A stretch of 64,000 nucleotides of DNA from an uncultured Gemmatimonadota bacterium (GCA_964626665.1 CAZVGK010000006.1:1-64000); one strand, 5' to 3'; counted from the stretch's first letter, positions 9,658 to 19,982 are shown. Numbers and translations are program-made. The notes: generated from the sequence alone by a model not told the origin.

Positions 9658-12066
9658 ATGACTAAGAGAAAGCGGAATTCAAGACTTCATAGCCGAGAAG
9701 CCAAAAGGGACAAACTACCTACCAAATTTAGTAGAGGGAAAAAGATACCAGATTTGGTCTTTTTACTCTTTTATTTTGTGTTGGTGGTTTTGTTGTTTAA
9801 GAGGTTTATCTTCGCTAATAAAATGCTTTTCGGAACAGATACTATCGCTGCTGGGGTGATGTTTAGGACTTTTTATGCCAATTTTGTGCGGCACTTTCAT
9901 AGTCTCCCTCTGTGGGAACCGTATCTCTTTGGCGGTATGCCATTTGTTGATGCTATGCATGGGGACACATTCTACCCTCTGGCCTTTTTAAAGTTTTTCA
10001 TTCCCATTTACAGGGCTTTGGGATACAAATTGATCCTGAGTATCTTTCTTGCTGGGGTTGGTATGTATTACTGCATAAGATCCCTGGGGATCGATAAAAG
10101 AGTGGCTTTTGTGGTTGGCTCAGCATACTTATTAACAGCAGATCTGGTTTCGCTCGTCTATGGAGGACACGATAGCAAAATCTATATAATGTCATTTGCT
10201 CCCATAGTATTTATGTTGCTGGAGAAGTCGATCATCACTGGTAAATTTTTCTATTTTTCGATGTTAGGTGGTTCGATAGGACTGTTGATATTGACCTCTC
10301 ACATGCAGCTTTCCTACTATTTATTATGGGCAGTGGGATTATATTTCCTCTATAGCGTTGTTCATTATATCAGGGAAGGAAAAAGAAAAGAATTTGTCAT
10401 TAAGTTGGTCGTCTTCTTTGTGCTTGCAGTCTTCATCGGCCTTTGCTTGGGAGCCGTCCAGCTTATCTCGCCTTATCTCTACCTGGGGAACTTCTCCAAG
10501 AGGGCCGGGCCGGAGAGGAGCACCTATGCCTGGGCAACCTCCTGGTCTATCCATCCCGAGGAGGTGGCTTCACTGGTGGTTCCGGAATTTGTCAACTTTT
10601 TCGATAATTATTGGGGGATGAACCATTTTCGCCTCAACTGTAGCTATCTGGGGATCATTCCCCTATTTTTTTCCCTTTTGGCTGTATTTTACTTCAGGGA
10701 TAGAAGGGCCATAGTATTCTCCTGTTTGGGCCTTCTGATGTTGATCAATGCTCTGGGGGCTACAACCCCCTTTTATAGGCTTTTTTACTACCTGATCCCG
10801 GGAGTGAAGAAATTTAGAGCCAGTGGGATGAGTATGTGTGTCCTCTCCTTTTTAGTGGTGGTGGTGAGTGGGATAGGACTAAACGGGCTTATCCGCCTCA
10901 AGATTGATAGGGCAAAACGGGATAAACTCATTAAGGGTTTGGGAATTGTTCTCGGTGGCTTCCTGGGGTTGATGGTTTTGGTGCTGATAGCTGGAGGTCC
11001 CCTTTTGTCTGTGTGGAAGGCGATCTTCTATTCCCAAATCCCGGCGGATAAAGCTCAGATAATGAGGTCGAATCTGCCCAACTTTAGGTTGGGTTTCTTC
11101 ATCTCAGCACTTTTTTTGGGTGCGGCGATCTGGTTAACTATCTCCAGGTTGAAGGGCAAGATCTCTAATCAGGTCTATCTTTTTGCCCTTGTTCCCATAG
11201 TGATTATAGACCTCTGGAGGATTGATACCAAATTCATTAAGGTTGTTGACTTTCAGGACTATTTCAGAAAGGATTCAGCTATCGAACTTCTGCAGAAAGA
11301 GAGGGAAGCTTTCCGCTGTTTTCCCCTGCCAGGAACTTATCCTTACAATCATTTGGCCTTCTTCGGAATCCAAGAGGTTGCTGGCCATCATGGGAATGAA
11401 CTGAGATGGTATGATGAATTTATTGGGGGGAACTATTTGTCCAATTTAACTTATCAATTACAGAAAAACGATGTAGCTGGCAATCCGTTTTTGAACCTGC
11501 TCAATGTCAAATATCTCCTTTATCGGCCACAGAAAAATGGACCAGTGAACCTCATCAAAAACGAGGGTTATCTTCCCCGGGCCTTTACCGTCTCCAAGTA
11601 TGAAGTCCTTCAAGGGAAAGATGAGGTGTTGGGTCGGATTAAGGATCCAGAGTTCGATTATCGTAATACGGTGATTTTGGGAGAGACCCCTCAAGTGTCG
11701 ATAAATTCAAATGATACAACTGGGACACCTGGAACAGTGGAGATCTTCGATAATAGGATAAACAGCTTTAACGTTAAGGCAAATATGAAGAGACCCGGTT
11801 TTCTCTTCCTGAGTGAGAACTACTACCCGGCCTGGAGGGCCTATGTGGATGATAAGGAGACAAAGATCTACCGGGCAGATTATACCTTCCGAGCCGTTTA
11901 TCTGGATGAGGGTGAACATATAGTCAGATTTGTCTTTGACTCCCGGCTATTTAACATCGGTAAATGGATAAGCCTTCTCACCTTAGGTTTTATTATCGGT
12001 TATATTCTTTGGGAGGTGAGAGGAACTCATAGATTAGATGCTCAGGATCGTGGTCACCGGATGTAA
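9658..12066 (+). CDS. YfhO-family GT-C membrane protein
   Basis: PLWEPYLFGGMPF, LLNVKY, LPRAF, SENYYPAWRAYVD and ADYTFRAV motifs. Confidence 0.85.
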   Translation: MTKRKRNSRLHSREAKRDKLPTKFSRGKKIPDLVFLLFYFVLVVLLFKRFIFANKMLFGTDTIAAGVMFRTFYANFVRHFHSLPLWEPYLFGGMPFVDAMHGDTFYPLAFLKFFIPIYRALGYKLILSIFLAGVGMYYCIRSLGIDKRVAFVVGSAYLLTADLVSLVYGGHDSKIYIMSFAPIVFMLLEKSIITGKFFYFSMLGGSIGLLILTSHMQLSYYLLWAVGLYFLYSVVHYIREGKRKEFVIKLVVFFVLAVFIGLCLGAVQLISPYLYLGNFSKRAGPERSTYAWATSWSIHPEEVASLVVPEFVNFFDNYWGMNHFRLNCSYLGIIPLFFSLLAVFYFRDRRAIVFSCLGLLMLINALGATTPFYRLFYYLIPGVKKFRASGMSMCVLSFLVVVVSGIGLNGLIRLKIDRAKRDKLIKGLGIVLGGFLGLMVLVLIAGGPLLSVWKAIFYSQIPADKAQIMRSNLPNFRLGFFISALFLGAAIWLTISRLKGKISNQVYLFALVPIVIIDLWRIDTKFIKVVDFQDYFRKDSAIELLQKEREAFRCFPLPGTYPYNHLAFFGIQEVAGHHGNELRWYDEFIGGNYLSNLTYQLQKNDVAGNPFLNLLNVKYLLYRPQKNGPVNLIKNEGYLPRAFTVSKYEVLQGKDEVLGRIKDPEFDYRNTVILGETPQVSINSNDTTGTPGTVEIFDNRINSFNVKANMKRPGFLFLSENYYPAWRAYVDDKETKIYRADYTFRAVYLDEGEHIVRFVFDSRLFNIGKWISLLTLGFIIGYILWEVRGTHRLDAQDRGHRM

Positions 12067-12919
12067 CGGGCTCTTGGGATCTGCCCTGAGCCAGTCGCTT
12101 CAAGGGACATGGGAGGTTTTGGGCTTAGATTTAAATTCTGGAGCCTTTTCCCCTTTCCAAAAGGTGGATATACGGGATAGGAAGGGGTTAAGTCAGGCTA
12201 TTGGGGGATTTCATCCTCATCTCTTGGTTAATGCCGCTGCCTTTACTGATGTGGATGGGTGTGAAAGGGATAAGGAGAAAGCCTGGGGGGTGAATGTTAA
12301 GGGGGTGGAGAATATAGCTTCCCTCTGTGGCGAGTTGGGTTGTAAGGTCATCCATATCTCTACAGATTATGTTTTCGATGGAAAGGCTGGTCCTTATTCT
12401 GAAGAGGATCTGCCCTCCCCCTGCAACTGGTATGGGGAGACAAAGTGGGAGAGCGAAAAGGTTCTGGAGAGGTTTCCCCTGGATTATGCCGTAGTGAGGA
12501 CATCCGCCCTCTATGGATTCCATAAGGGGGGGAAGGGGAACTTCTTTAGCCTCTTGCTGGATCGGCTAAGTAGGGGCGAGGATGCCTACGGTTTTGTTGA
12601 CCAGTTCACCACCCCCACCTTTGTGGGAGATCTGGTAGAAGGGATAAGAAAAGTTATGGATGAGAAGGGCACATTCCATATCTCCGGAGGGGAGTTTTTA
12701 AGCAGGTTTGATTTTGCCCAAAAGGTGGCCGGAGTTTTTGGGTTTAACCCTTCTTTGGTCAAGCCGCGGGAATCAACTGGAGCAGGGTTTATTGCCCAGC
12801 GTCCCTTAAGGGGTGGGTTGATGATCGATAGGGCCGAAAAGGCCTTAGGTTATAGGCCCCATTCGGTTGAGGAAGCCCTAAGGAGCATAAAGGCGGAGAG
12901 GGTTGCGACAGAGGGATAA
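12038..12919 (+). CDS. rfbD: dTDP-4-dehydrorhamnose reductase family
   Basis: GCNGLLG, NAAAFTDVDGCE, ISTDYVFDG and YGETK motifs. Confidence 0.85.
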   Translation: MLRIVVTGCNGLLGSALSQSLQGTWEVLGLDLNSGAFSPFQKVDIRDRKGLSQAIGGFHPHLLVNAAAFTDVDGCERDKEKAWGVNVKGVENIASLCGELGCKVIHISTDYVFDGKAGPYSEEDLPSPCNWYGETKWESEKVLERFPLDYAVVRTSALYGFHKGGKGNFFSLLLDRLSRGEDAYGFVDQFTTPTFVGDLVEGIRKVMDEKGTFHISGGEFLSRFDFAQKVAGVFGFNPSLVKPRESTGAGFIAQRPLRGGLMIDRAEKALGYRPHSVEEALRSIKAERVATEG

Positions 12920-13634
12920 GGGGAAAGCCTTAGTCGTTTTTCCCACCTATAATGAGCGGGAGAACATCGAGGGCATTATAGCTGCTGTTTTGGGGGTTGA
13001 CCCGAGGATAGAGGTTTTGGTGGTGGATGATAACTCTCCGGACGGGACGGGCAAACTGGTGGCCAAGCTGACCAAGCCAAACAAGAGGGTGCATCTGATT
13101 AAGAGGGAGAAGAAGGCAGGCCTGGGCTCTGCCTATATTGAGGGATTCGGCTATGCCCTGAGGAATGGATATGACTACATATTTGAAATGGATGCGGATT
13201 TCTCCCACGATCCCAAGTATATACCAGATTTTTTGGAGAAGGTAAAAGAGTATGATTTGGTTATTGGCTCCCGATATATTAAGGGAGTGAATGTCATCAA
13301 CTGGCCAATGAAAAGACTCCTGTTGAGCTATTATGCCAATATGTATACTAGAGTAGTGACGGGGCTCCCCTTGAAAGATGCCACGGGTGGGTTCAAATGT
13401 TACCGCCGGAAGGTCTTAGAGGGAATAGATATTGGGAAGGTTAAGTCCGATGGCTACTCCTTCCAGATAGAGATGAGCTACAAGGCGTGGAAGAAGGGTT
13501 ATAGGATCTGTGAGATCCCGATCGTGTTTGTGGACCGCCAGGCCGGCCAGTCTAAGATGTCCAAAAAGATCGTGCGGGAGGCTATCTGGATGGTGTGGAG
13601 GCTGAGGCTTTCCAGCCTATTGGGAAGGGTATGA
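12903..13634 (+). CDS. Polyprenol-phosphate mannose synthase (DPM1/Ppm1-like GT2)
   Basis: PTYNERENI, VDDNSPDGTG, EMDADFSH, DATGGFK, GYSFQIE. Confidence 0.88.
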   Translation: MRQRDKGKALVVFPTYNERENIEGIIAAVLGVDPRIEVLVVDDNSPDGTGKLVAKLTKPNKRVHLIKREKKAGLGSAYIEGFGYALRNGYDYIFEMDADFSHDPKYIPDFLEKVKEYDLVIGSRYIKGVNVINWPMKRLLLSYYANMYTRVVTGLPLKDATGGFKCYRRKVLEGIDIGKVKSDGYSFQIEMSYKAWKKGYRICEIPIVFVDRQAGQSKMSKKIVREAIWMVWRLRLSSLLGRV

Positions 13635-13689
13635 GGTTTTTTTAGAAGTGCCTTATGGGGCTCCTGCCCGGACGGAGATGAGAAAACAT

Positions 13690-14055
13690 TCTACCGCACT
13701 GCAGTGCGGGCCTCGAGTTAATGACGAAATCCGAATGACGAATGACGAAAAGACTGCAGTGGCTTCTGGGCTAAAGCCCCAAAGAGGTTACCCCAGCTAA
13801 AGCTGGGTAGAATTGTAGGGGTCGCATTTATGCGACCCGAACGGGCTTGATAAATCAAGCCCCTACAAGGGATTTACCTGATCTGACTGTGGCAGAATCG
13901 GGGTTCTGCCGTCTCAACAAGAGATCCCGTAGTGAATAAGTATGTTTTCTTATCTATTCGTGTGGATTCGTCCATTCGTGTCATTTGTGTTCCAAAGATT
14001 CAGTGAAATCCGGGTAATCTGTGGCCCTTGTTTGGTTGCTGCCCTGCCGCGCTGA
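13690..14055. repeat. Intergenic mosaic of palindromic repeats, including a GTAG-type inverted REP doublet at 13815-13866
   Basis: GTAGGGGTCGCATTTATGCGACCC...GGGCTTGATAAATCAAGCCCCTAC, plus family B/D hairpins and 7-9-mer periodic repeats. Confidence 0.7.
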
Positions 14056-14115
14056 GGGTTAGGCATACTTGGGGGTGACAAGCATTATAGGAGTTGAATC
14101 GTTTTCTCAGGAAGT

Positions 14116-15015
14116 TTGAATTTGCCCCATTTACAGAAAAGGGATTTAATTGTAGTCATCGTCTCCTACCGGACCAAGGCCCATTTAAGAAGATGCCTTT
14201 CCTCCCTTAGGGGAAAATCCCCCCAGACTAGTTATCAGGTAATGGTGGTGGACAATGCCTCGGGGGATGGAACCGCCTCTCTGGTGAAAAGGGAATTCCC
14301 TCAAGTTCTTCTTAGGGAGGAAAGGGAGAACATCGGGTTTGCCCGAGGGTGTAATCGGGTTCTGCAGCTTCCCCCTCCCCGGTATATCCTTTTCCTGAAC
14401 CCAGATGCCTTAGTAGAAAGAGGGGCCGTCGATCTGATGGTCTCCCTTTTGGAGGAGAGGGAAGAGGTAGGTATAGTGGGAGGAGGACTATGGGGATATG
14501 ACGGGCGACTGCAGCCTACCTACCGGCGGTTTCCCACCTATGGCAATTTGTTCTTCACCAAGAAAAACATTATAGGTAGTTTGTTAGGCAGAAGGCCTAA
14601 ACCCAGGGAAAGGGCAAGGGAGGTGGATTCTGTGGCCGGCGCATTTATGCTAATCAGGGGGGAACTCTTCCACCGCTTGCAGGGGTTTGATGAGCGGTTC
14701 TTTATGTATGTAGAGGATGTGGACCTCTGCTACCGAGCTCAGGGAATGGGGATGAAAATCTTCTACCTTCCCCAGGCCCGGGCCAGGCATTTTTGGGGGG
14801 CATCAACCAGGTTCTGCAGGAAGAGAATGGTTATTGAACATCACCGGAGCCTCTATCGTTTCTTCGAGAAGCATCACCCTCATCTTTTAAAGAATCTCCT
14901 CCTGGGCTGGATCCTGCTTCTCAACTTAGAACTTGCCTTGGCTGGAGATTTTGTGCGGGAGGTGTTTTTAACGGAGGGAGCTGATAGATTGGCCCCTTCT
15001 TCTAAAGGGGGGTAA
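14116..15015 (+). CDS. GT2 glycosyltransferase (WbbL-like, possible rhamnosyltransferase)
   Basis: VDNASGDG, NIGFARGCN, FLNPD, GFDERFFMYVEDVDLC. Confidence 0.85.
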   Translation: MNLPHLQKRDLIVVIVSYRTKAHLRRCLSSLRGKSPQTSYQVMVVDNASGDGTASLVKREFPQVLLREERENIGFARGCNRVLQLPPPRYILFLNPDALVERGAVDLMVSLLEEREEVGIVGGGLWGYDGRLQPTYRRFPTYGNLFFTKKNIIGSLLGRRPKPRERAREVDSVAGAFMLIRGELFHRLQGFDERFFMYVEDVDLCYRAQGMGMKIFYLPQARARHFWGASTRFCRKRMVIEHHRSLYRFFEKHHPHLLKNLLLGWILLLNLELALAGDFVREVFLTEGADRLAPSSKGG

Positions 15016-15017
15016 AT

Positions 15018-16169
15018 ATGGACAAAGTTTTCAACCGTTTACTTCTTCTTTCCTTATTCCTTCTTTCCTTTGTTGAATTGAGCAATGGATACGCCTATCA
15101 TCAGAAGGGAATTTCCATCACCTATCCAGAGAAGGATGGAATAAGATGGCAATTGGGAGGGCTCTATAATCGGGTGCAAGGGCTCTTTCCCTATGGAGGA
15201 CCGATTCTCACATCTCCTTCCCCTTGGGGATTTAACCTTTCATTTGACCTTGGATATGGATTCGCCAACCATCACTGGAGCTACAGGTTGAAGTTAAAGA
15301 GGCAAATTTTCAAGTGGTGGGGCATAGATTTACAAGGCTATGATGAAATCTTCAGCCAGGATAGCTGGCTTCTCTCCACTCGAGAGAATACCCTCTCCTC
15401 AATTCTTATCAAAGAGGATTTTAGGGACTACTACCACAGGAGGGGAGGGCTATTCGGTTTTGGCTTCAGGCCAAAAGGGTGGATTGACTGCAAACTTGGC
15501 TACCGGGTAGAGAGGGAGAGTAGTTCTTTCAAAAAAGCCAAATGGTCTCTGTTTGGGAGGGACAAGGATTTCCGGGAGAACCCGCCTATAGAGGAAGGAC
15601 TTCTCAGGACAGGTGAGATAAAGGTTAAGTTGCATCTGCTGAAGGATGGGTTAAACTGCCCCCAGGGATGGCAGATTTTGGGCAGTTACCAGAAGGGTGG
15701 GGGGGATTTTTCCTTCTCCCGCTATAGGCTGGGTTTCAAGTTGTATCAAAGGGTGAGCATAAGGGAGGAGATAGATCTGAGATTAAGGGTTCTCTCCCTA
15801 ACCGGAGATAACCTTCCCCCACAGTTTCTTCTCGACTTAGGGGGGATAGGAAGCTTAAGGGGCTATCCCTTCAAGGAGTTCAACGATGGGAGGAGGCTCT
15901 TGCTGGTTAACTTAGATTATCGGTTCAACTTCGGAGGATGGTTTGAACCAGCGGGGATCTGGTTCTTGGAGAACCTACAGGTCATCCCCTTCTTCGACTC
16001 AGGATTGGTCTGGAATTCAGGGGAAGAGTTTAGGCTGAACAAGTTGAAAAGTGATGTGGGTTTAGGGCTTTCCGGAGGGGGGAAGGACGACTTCAGGTTG
16101 AACTTTGCCTGGAGGTTAGATAGAGGCGATAGCCTGAGGGTGGGGTTGAGATTGCAGAGGATCTTTTGA
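15018..16169 (+). CDS. Omp85/BamA-TamA-like outer-membrane beta-barrel without clear POTRA domains
   Basis: Signal peptide, LGGIGSLRGY loop motif, FFDSG, terminal Phe. Confidence 0.7.
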   Translation: MDKVFNRLLLLSLFLLSFVELSNGYAYHQKGISITYPEKDGIRWQLGGLYNRVQGLFPYGGPILTSPSPWGFNLSFDLGYGFANHHWSYRLKLKRQIFKWWGIDLQGYDEIFSQDSWLLSTRENTLSSILIKEDFRDYYHRRGGLFGFGFRPKGWIDCKLGYRVERESSSFKKAKWSLFGRDKDFRENPPIEEGLLRTGEIKVKLHLLKDGLNCPQGWQILGSYQKGGGDFSFSRYRLGFKLYQRVSIREEIDLRLRVLSLTGDNLPPQFLLDLGGIGSLRGYPFKEFNDGRRLLLVNLDYRFNFGGWFEPAGIWFLENLQVIPFFDSGLVWNSGEEFRLNKLKSDVGLGLSGGGKDDFRLNFAWRLDRGDSLRVGLRLQRIF

Positions 16170-16170
16170 T

Positions 16171-17193
16171 ATGATTTCCCACCTGCTTTTCATTCCCTTT
16201 TTCTTCCTCACCTTAAACACAGTTTCCCCCTCTTCCTCAACCTGGGAGAGAATAGAAAAAGGGGTGGGTCTCAGCAACAATGGCCAGTATGGGAAGGCCT
16301 TTGAGCTCTTTGATCGGATTATTGCAGAAAGGCCCCAATGCCCGACTGGATATTTCTTCAAGGCAGCGGCCCTCCAGGCTAAGATGATGGATTTTGAGGA
16401 TTACCGCTGGGAGAGTGAGTTCTATGCCCTCCTGGATACCACCGAGGAGCTTTGCCGACGTATAGGGCGAAGGAATGGGGCAGATCCCTGGGCGGAGTTC
16501 TTCTTGGGGGGAGCCTTGGGGTTTCGGGCAGCATACCAGGCAAAGAGAGGCCATTGGTGGTCAGGGTTTAAAAACGGGAGGCGGGCCAAGGCCAGTTTAG
16601 AGGAGGCCTTGAGGCTTGACCCGCAACTTTGGGATGCTTATTTGGGATTAGGAACTTATCACTATTGGCGAAGCAGAATGACCAGATTCCTCAGGTGGCT
16701 CCCCTTTATCTCGGATGAACGGGAGAAGGGTATAAGGGAGCTTTGGCTGGCCGCGCAAAAAGGCCATTTCTCCTCCGCAGCGGCAAAGGAGGGTTTGGCT
16801 TGGATCTACATTGAGGAAGGAGAATATGGTAAGGCCCTCTCCCTCTCTGAAGAGCTCTGCAAACTCTATCCCTCAGGACGAAGTTTCCTTTGGGGGAAAG
16901 CCAGGGCCCTTTGGGGAGAAGGGGATTGGCAGGGGGCAGAGGATACCTATAGGAGGATATTGAATTCGGTAGAGGCGGAGGAGTTTGACAATCACTACAA
17001 CGCCATTGAATGCAGGTACTGGATAGCCCGTTCTCTCTTTAACCGTCAGGTATATTCCGGTTGCATAAGGGAGTGTCAAGCCATCTTCCGGTATGATCCC
17101 CCCCCCGCTGTGCGGAGGAGGTTAAGGGAGAGGCTCGAGGAGACTGCTCAACTTCTCTCCCAGGCCCAGAAGCTACTGCCCCCCAAAAGATAA
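16171..17193 (+). CDS. Secreted TPR protein
   Basis: Signal peptide; TPR-like helices (ALRLDPQLWDAYLGLG). Confidence 0.75.
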   Translation: MISHLLFIPFFFLTLNTVSPSSSTWERIEKGVGLSNNGQYGKAFELFDRIIAERPQCPTGYFFKAAALQAKMMDFEDYRWESEFYALLDTTEELCRRIGRRNGADPWAEFFLGGALGFRAAYQAKRGHWWSGFKNGRRAKASLEEALRLDPQLWDAYLGLGTYHYWRSRMTRFLRWLPFISDEREKGIRELWLAAQKGHFSSAAAKEGLAWIYIEEGEYGKALSLSEELCKLYPSGRSFLWGKARALWGEGDWQGAEDTYRRILNSVEAEEFDNHYNAIECRYWIARSLFNRQVYSGCIRECQAIFRYDPPPAVRRRLRERLEETAQLLSQAQKLLPPKR

Positions 17194-17222
17194 AGGCCCG
17201 ATCCTAATGGATCGGGCCTTTA
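17191..17222. terminator. Bidirectional intrinsic terminator
   Basis: TAAAGGCCCGATCC-TAAT-GGATCGGGCCTTTA between convergent genes. Confidence 0.8.
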
Positions 17223-17238
17223 AGGGCGATGCAAAAAT

Positions 17239-17439
17239 CTATGATTTAACTACATTTTTTGCCTGCGGTCCCTTCTCGCCTTCCACTATCTCGAATTCAA
17301 CTTCTTGACCTTCCGTCAGGGTTTTGAATCCGTCACCCTGGATGGCTGAAAAATGGACGAAGACATCATCGCCATCTTCCCGTTCAATGAAACCATAACC
17401 CTTGTTTTCATTGAACCACTTCACCTTGCCATGTTCCAT
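17239..17439 (-). CDS. cspA: Cold-shock protein
   Basis: GKVKWFN, KGYGFI (RNP1) and VFVHFSAI (RNP2). Confidence 0.95.
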   Translation of the reverse strand: MEHGKVKWFNENKGYGFIEREDGDDVFVHFSAIQGDGFKTLTEGQEVEFEIVEGEKGPQAKNVVKS

Positions 17440-17490
17440 ACTAACTACTGACCTCCTTTATGGATCTGAAAGCACTATTACTTTCGTTGT

Positions 17491-17519
17491 AATATAAGGA
17501 ACTATTTTGAGGATGTCAA
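17491..17519 (-). promoter_or_regulatory. sigma70 promoter of csp
   Basis: TTGACA-17 nt-TATATT on the minus strand. Confidence 0.7.
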
Positions 17520-17525
17520 GCACTT

Positions 17526-18113
17526 TTATGATATTATTTGCATAATTCCTCCACTTAATATCGGGATGGTGAAATTGTCATCGATGGGCAGAGGGGAAAG
17601 CTCAGTGAGGGTGGCCAGGAGGGCTCCCCAGAGGCCGATTCTAAATGGAAGATGGGGGACTGCCCAAACCACAAGAAGACAGGAGGCCAGACAGGCCAGG
17701 CTTCCAGTTAAGCTTTTCTTTCCTATGGGGACCTTCCTCCAGTGCTTTCCCACCAGGGCAGCGGAGACATCACCCAAAACGAGAAAGAGGATAGCGCCGG
17801 CAGCGATCTCCTTTTGATAAAGCAGATCGGATAATAGGCAGGAGGAGAGAAGATAGGTTGAGCTGGTGAAGGACCTTCTCTCGTGTTTCCTCATAATGAT
17901 GCCGAATGTGCGGTTGAATATGCGGGTAAAGGAGGGGTTTCGTAGGCGTAAAAGCTCCATAAACAGGATGACAACGGTGAAAAGAGCCAGGGCGGTGATG
18001 GAAGTTTGGTGGGGAAGGATGAGAATCCCCAAAGGGATAACTAAGGCGGTTAGATGGAAACTTTTCCGCTTTAGCTCAGAGCTGAAGCTCTCTCTTTCTC
18101 CTGGGTTGGTCAA
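17526..18113 (-). CDS. Polyprenol/phytol kinase-like (CTP-transferase family) membrane protein
   Basis: RKSFH, LGDVSAALVG, KKSLTGS and DDNFTIP motifs. Confidence 0.8.
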   Translation of the reverse strand: MTNPGERESFSSELKRKSFHLTALVIPLGILILPHQTSITALALFTVVILFMELLRLRNPSFTRIFNRTFGIIMRKHERRSFTSSTYLLSSCLLSDLLYQKEIAAGAILFLVLGDVSAALVGKHWRKVPIGKKSLTGSLACLASCLLVVWAVPHLPFRIGLWGALLATLTELSPLPIDDNFTIPILSGGIMQIIS

Positions 18114-18119
18114 CTTAAC

Positions 18120-19082
18120 TTAGAAGTAGAAGAAGGCGGAGACCCGGTAGCAGTTGTCAAGGCTCTTATGGGCTAAGAAGCTTGTGTCCACCTGGAATCT
18201 CTGCACCATTAACCCCAGACCAGCGGTGAAATTGCCCTGATTAGAGCCTACCCTTAGGGAGAAGATCTTCCGGTAGGTGTATTCTCCCCCAAAGTGGAAA
18301 TCGCCACTTGCCTTCCCTAACCATCTTTGAGCTGAGGTTTTCCTCCCCTCAAACCTTAGATCAACATCTGTAGCCAGGATGAGGTTTCCCTGACGGACAT
18401 CCCATTGAGAGGCAACTCCCCATTTTAGGCTAGGAAGGATTGACTGCTTCTCTCCGGTGTCATAGGCCAAGAGAGTAGTAGTGGCATCTTGCAGGTTCAG
18501 GCCAAGCCGAAAGTGGCCCAGGGAGAGGAGAGCCCCCAAATCAGTCCCCAGGCCAAAAGCGGAGTTATCTGCTAACTTGCGGTAGATGAGCTTGACATTG
18601 GCCCCCCAGGAGAGGTTTTGACCCCTTTCTGCGGCATAGGTGAAGAAGAGGGCATAGTCGCCGTGACTTCTCTTTTTAATCATATAAGGGCGGTTGTCAG
18701 TAGTATTTGGCGGACGCGAGGGATCGGGAACTGCGGTGAGCTTTATCCCTCCTCCTCCCAGTCTGATCAGGCTTACCCCAATGGCGCTTATCCCAGGGCC
18801 TGCTAAGGGTTTGCTATAGGAGATGTAATCATGGTTTAAGAGCTGGCCAAATGTCTCCGAGTGCATCATAGCCACGCCTCTTCCCCTTGTCTGGACCAAC
18901 CCAGCGGGGTTCCAATACCCTGCGGTCAAATCGTTGGCTATGGCCACAAAGGTTCCTCCCATTCCCAGAGGCCTGGCCCCTACTCCCAGGGCGAGAAACT
19001 CCCCTGCGTATTTGGCCCCAAAGGCCTTAACCGGAATAGAGGGGAGAAACAATATAAGAAGCAGATAGATTCCCTTTTTCAT
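18120..19082 (-). CDS. PorV/PorQ (UPF0164)-like outer-membrane protein
   Basis: FLALGVGARPLGMGG and YWNPAGL motifs, beta-barrel pattern, terminal F. Confidence 0.8.
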   Translation of the reverse strand: MKKGIYLLLILFLPSIPVKAFGAKYAGEFLALGVGARPLGMGGTFVAIANDLTAGYWNPAGLVQTRGRGVAMMHSETFGQLLNHDYISYSKPLAGPGISAIGVSLIRLGGGGIKLTAVPDPSRPPNTTDNRPYMIKKRSHGDYALFFTYAAERGQNLSWGANVKLIYRKLADNSAFGLGTDLGALLSLGHFRLGLNLQDATTTLLAYDTGEKQSILPSLKWGVASQWDVRQGNLILATDVDLRFEGRKTSAQRWLGKASGDFHFGGEYTYRKIFSLRVGSNQGNFTAGLGLMVQRFQVDTSFLAHKSLDNCYRVSAFFYF

Positions 19083-19311
19083 CTTTTTTGGGATTTATAA
19101 TTAACCTTCTCGATTTAGGTGATAGAGCTTCTCTTGGTTGGAGTCGCCCATCTCAACATCGCCTTTTTGTAATACCTGCAAGCAGCGAATCGGGGTAATG
19201 CAAGTATTGGAACGAACTTAGCCGTAATCTGCGAAACTTTTTTGACAGGATTTACATGATTTTTATTTATTCTGACTGTCCTATCTATCAGGAAGCAAAC
19301 TGCCACAGGCT

Positions 19312-19500
19312 TTACCAAAGTGTAGCAAACACACTGTCAGGAGATTTCGCTTTAGTGGGTTTATCCTTAAATATTCTACCCTCGTATTTTCGTTCCATCT
19401 CTCGATAGTGAGCAACAAGTTGCCTCGGGTCATGATTGTATTCTGCTGAAATCTGGTGACGTATTGCTCTGATACGCTCAATAGTGTAATCTTTCTTCAT
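19312..19500 (-). CDS. Small protein downstream of the PIN gene, putative antitoxin
   Basis: D..IERIRAIRHQIS motif; starts 2 nt after the PIN stop; GAGGAG RBS. Confidence 0.6.
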   Translation of the reverse strand: MKKDYTIERIRAIRHQISAEYNHDPRQLVAHYREMERKYEGRIFKDKPTKAKSPDSVFATLW

Positions 19501-19502
19501 TT

Positions 19503-19982
19503 TTACATCTCCTCTAAGGTTGATAATTCTATTGGAGTTGTCAAAATGGGGACAAATAGCCCCAATATTGTGTTTATTCGTCGAATACGATCAAATTTGT
19601 TTGCATTTGCTAAATGTTGGCAATTCCAAGTCAATAAAAAGTCGCAACGGTGAAACGAAGCCATTGCCAAATGCAAAGCATCTCCCACAGGATCCTTTGG
19701 CATTACGCGATGAACAATATAAGCTTCCACGATATCAGCAATAGCATCCTCGATAGGAAGAATAGGAACGTCTGACAATAATGACAATGTCTTCGACTTC
19801 ATTGGATAATTGCCTTTCTTAAGTTCTTCAATAACAGCCAAGCTAGTAACAAGTTCATAATGCTCTCTTTGTTTGTCCCACCATTCTCGAGTCCATTGCC
19901 GCCGGGCAATCATCTCTGGTTCATCTCGAACCTCATAGTAAAAACTTGGTATCGTTGTCTCGATGTAAATTCGTTTCTTCAT
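19503..19982 (-). CDS. PIN-domain (VapC-like) protein
   Basis: IYIETTIPS, DALHLAMAS and LLTWNCQHLAN; start re-called at MKKRIY (ATG 19982) instead of 20093. Confidence 0.85.
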   Translation of the reverse strand: MKKRIYIETTIPSFYYEVRDEPEMIARRQWTREWWDKQREHYELVTSLAVIEELKKGNYPMKSKTLSLLSDVPILPIEDAIADIVEAYIVHRVMPKDPVGDALHLAMASFHRCDFLLTWNCQHLANANKFDRIRRINTILGLFVPILTTPIELSTLEEM

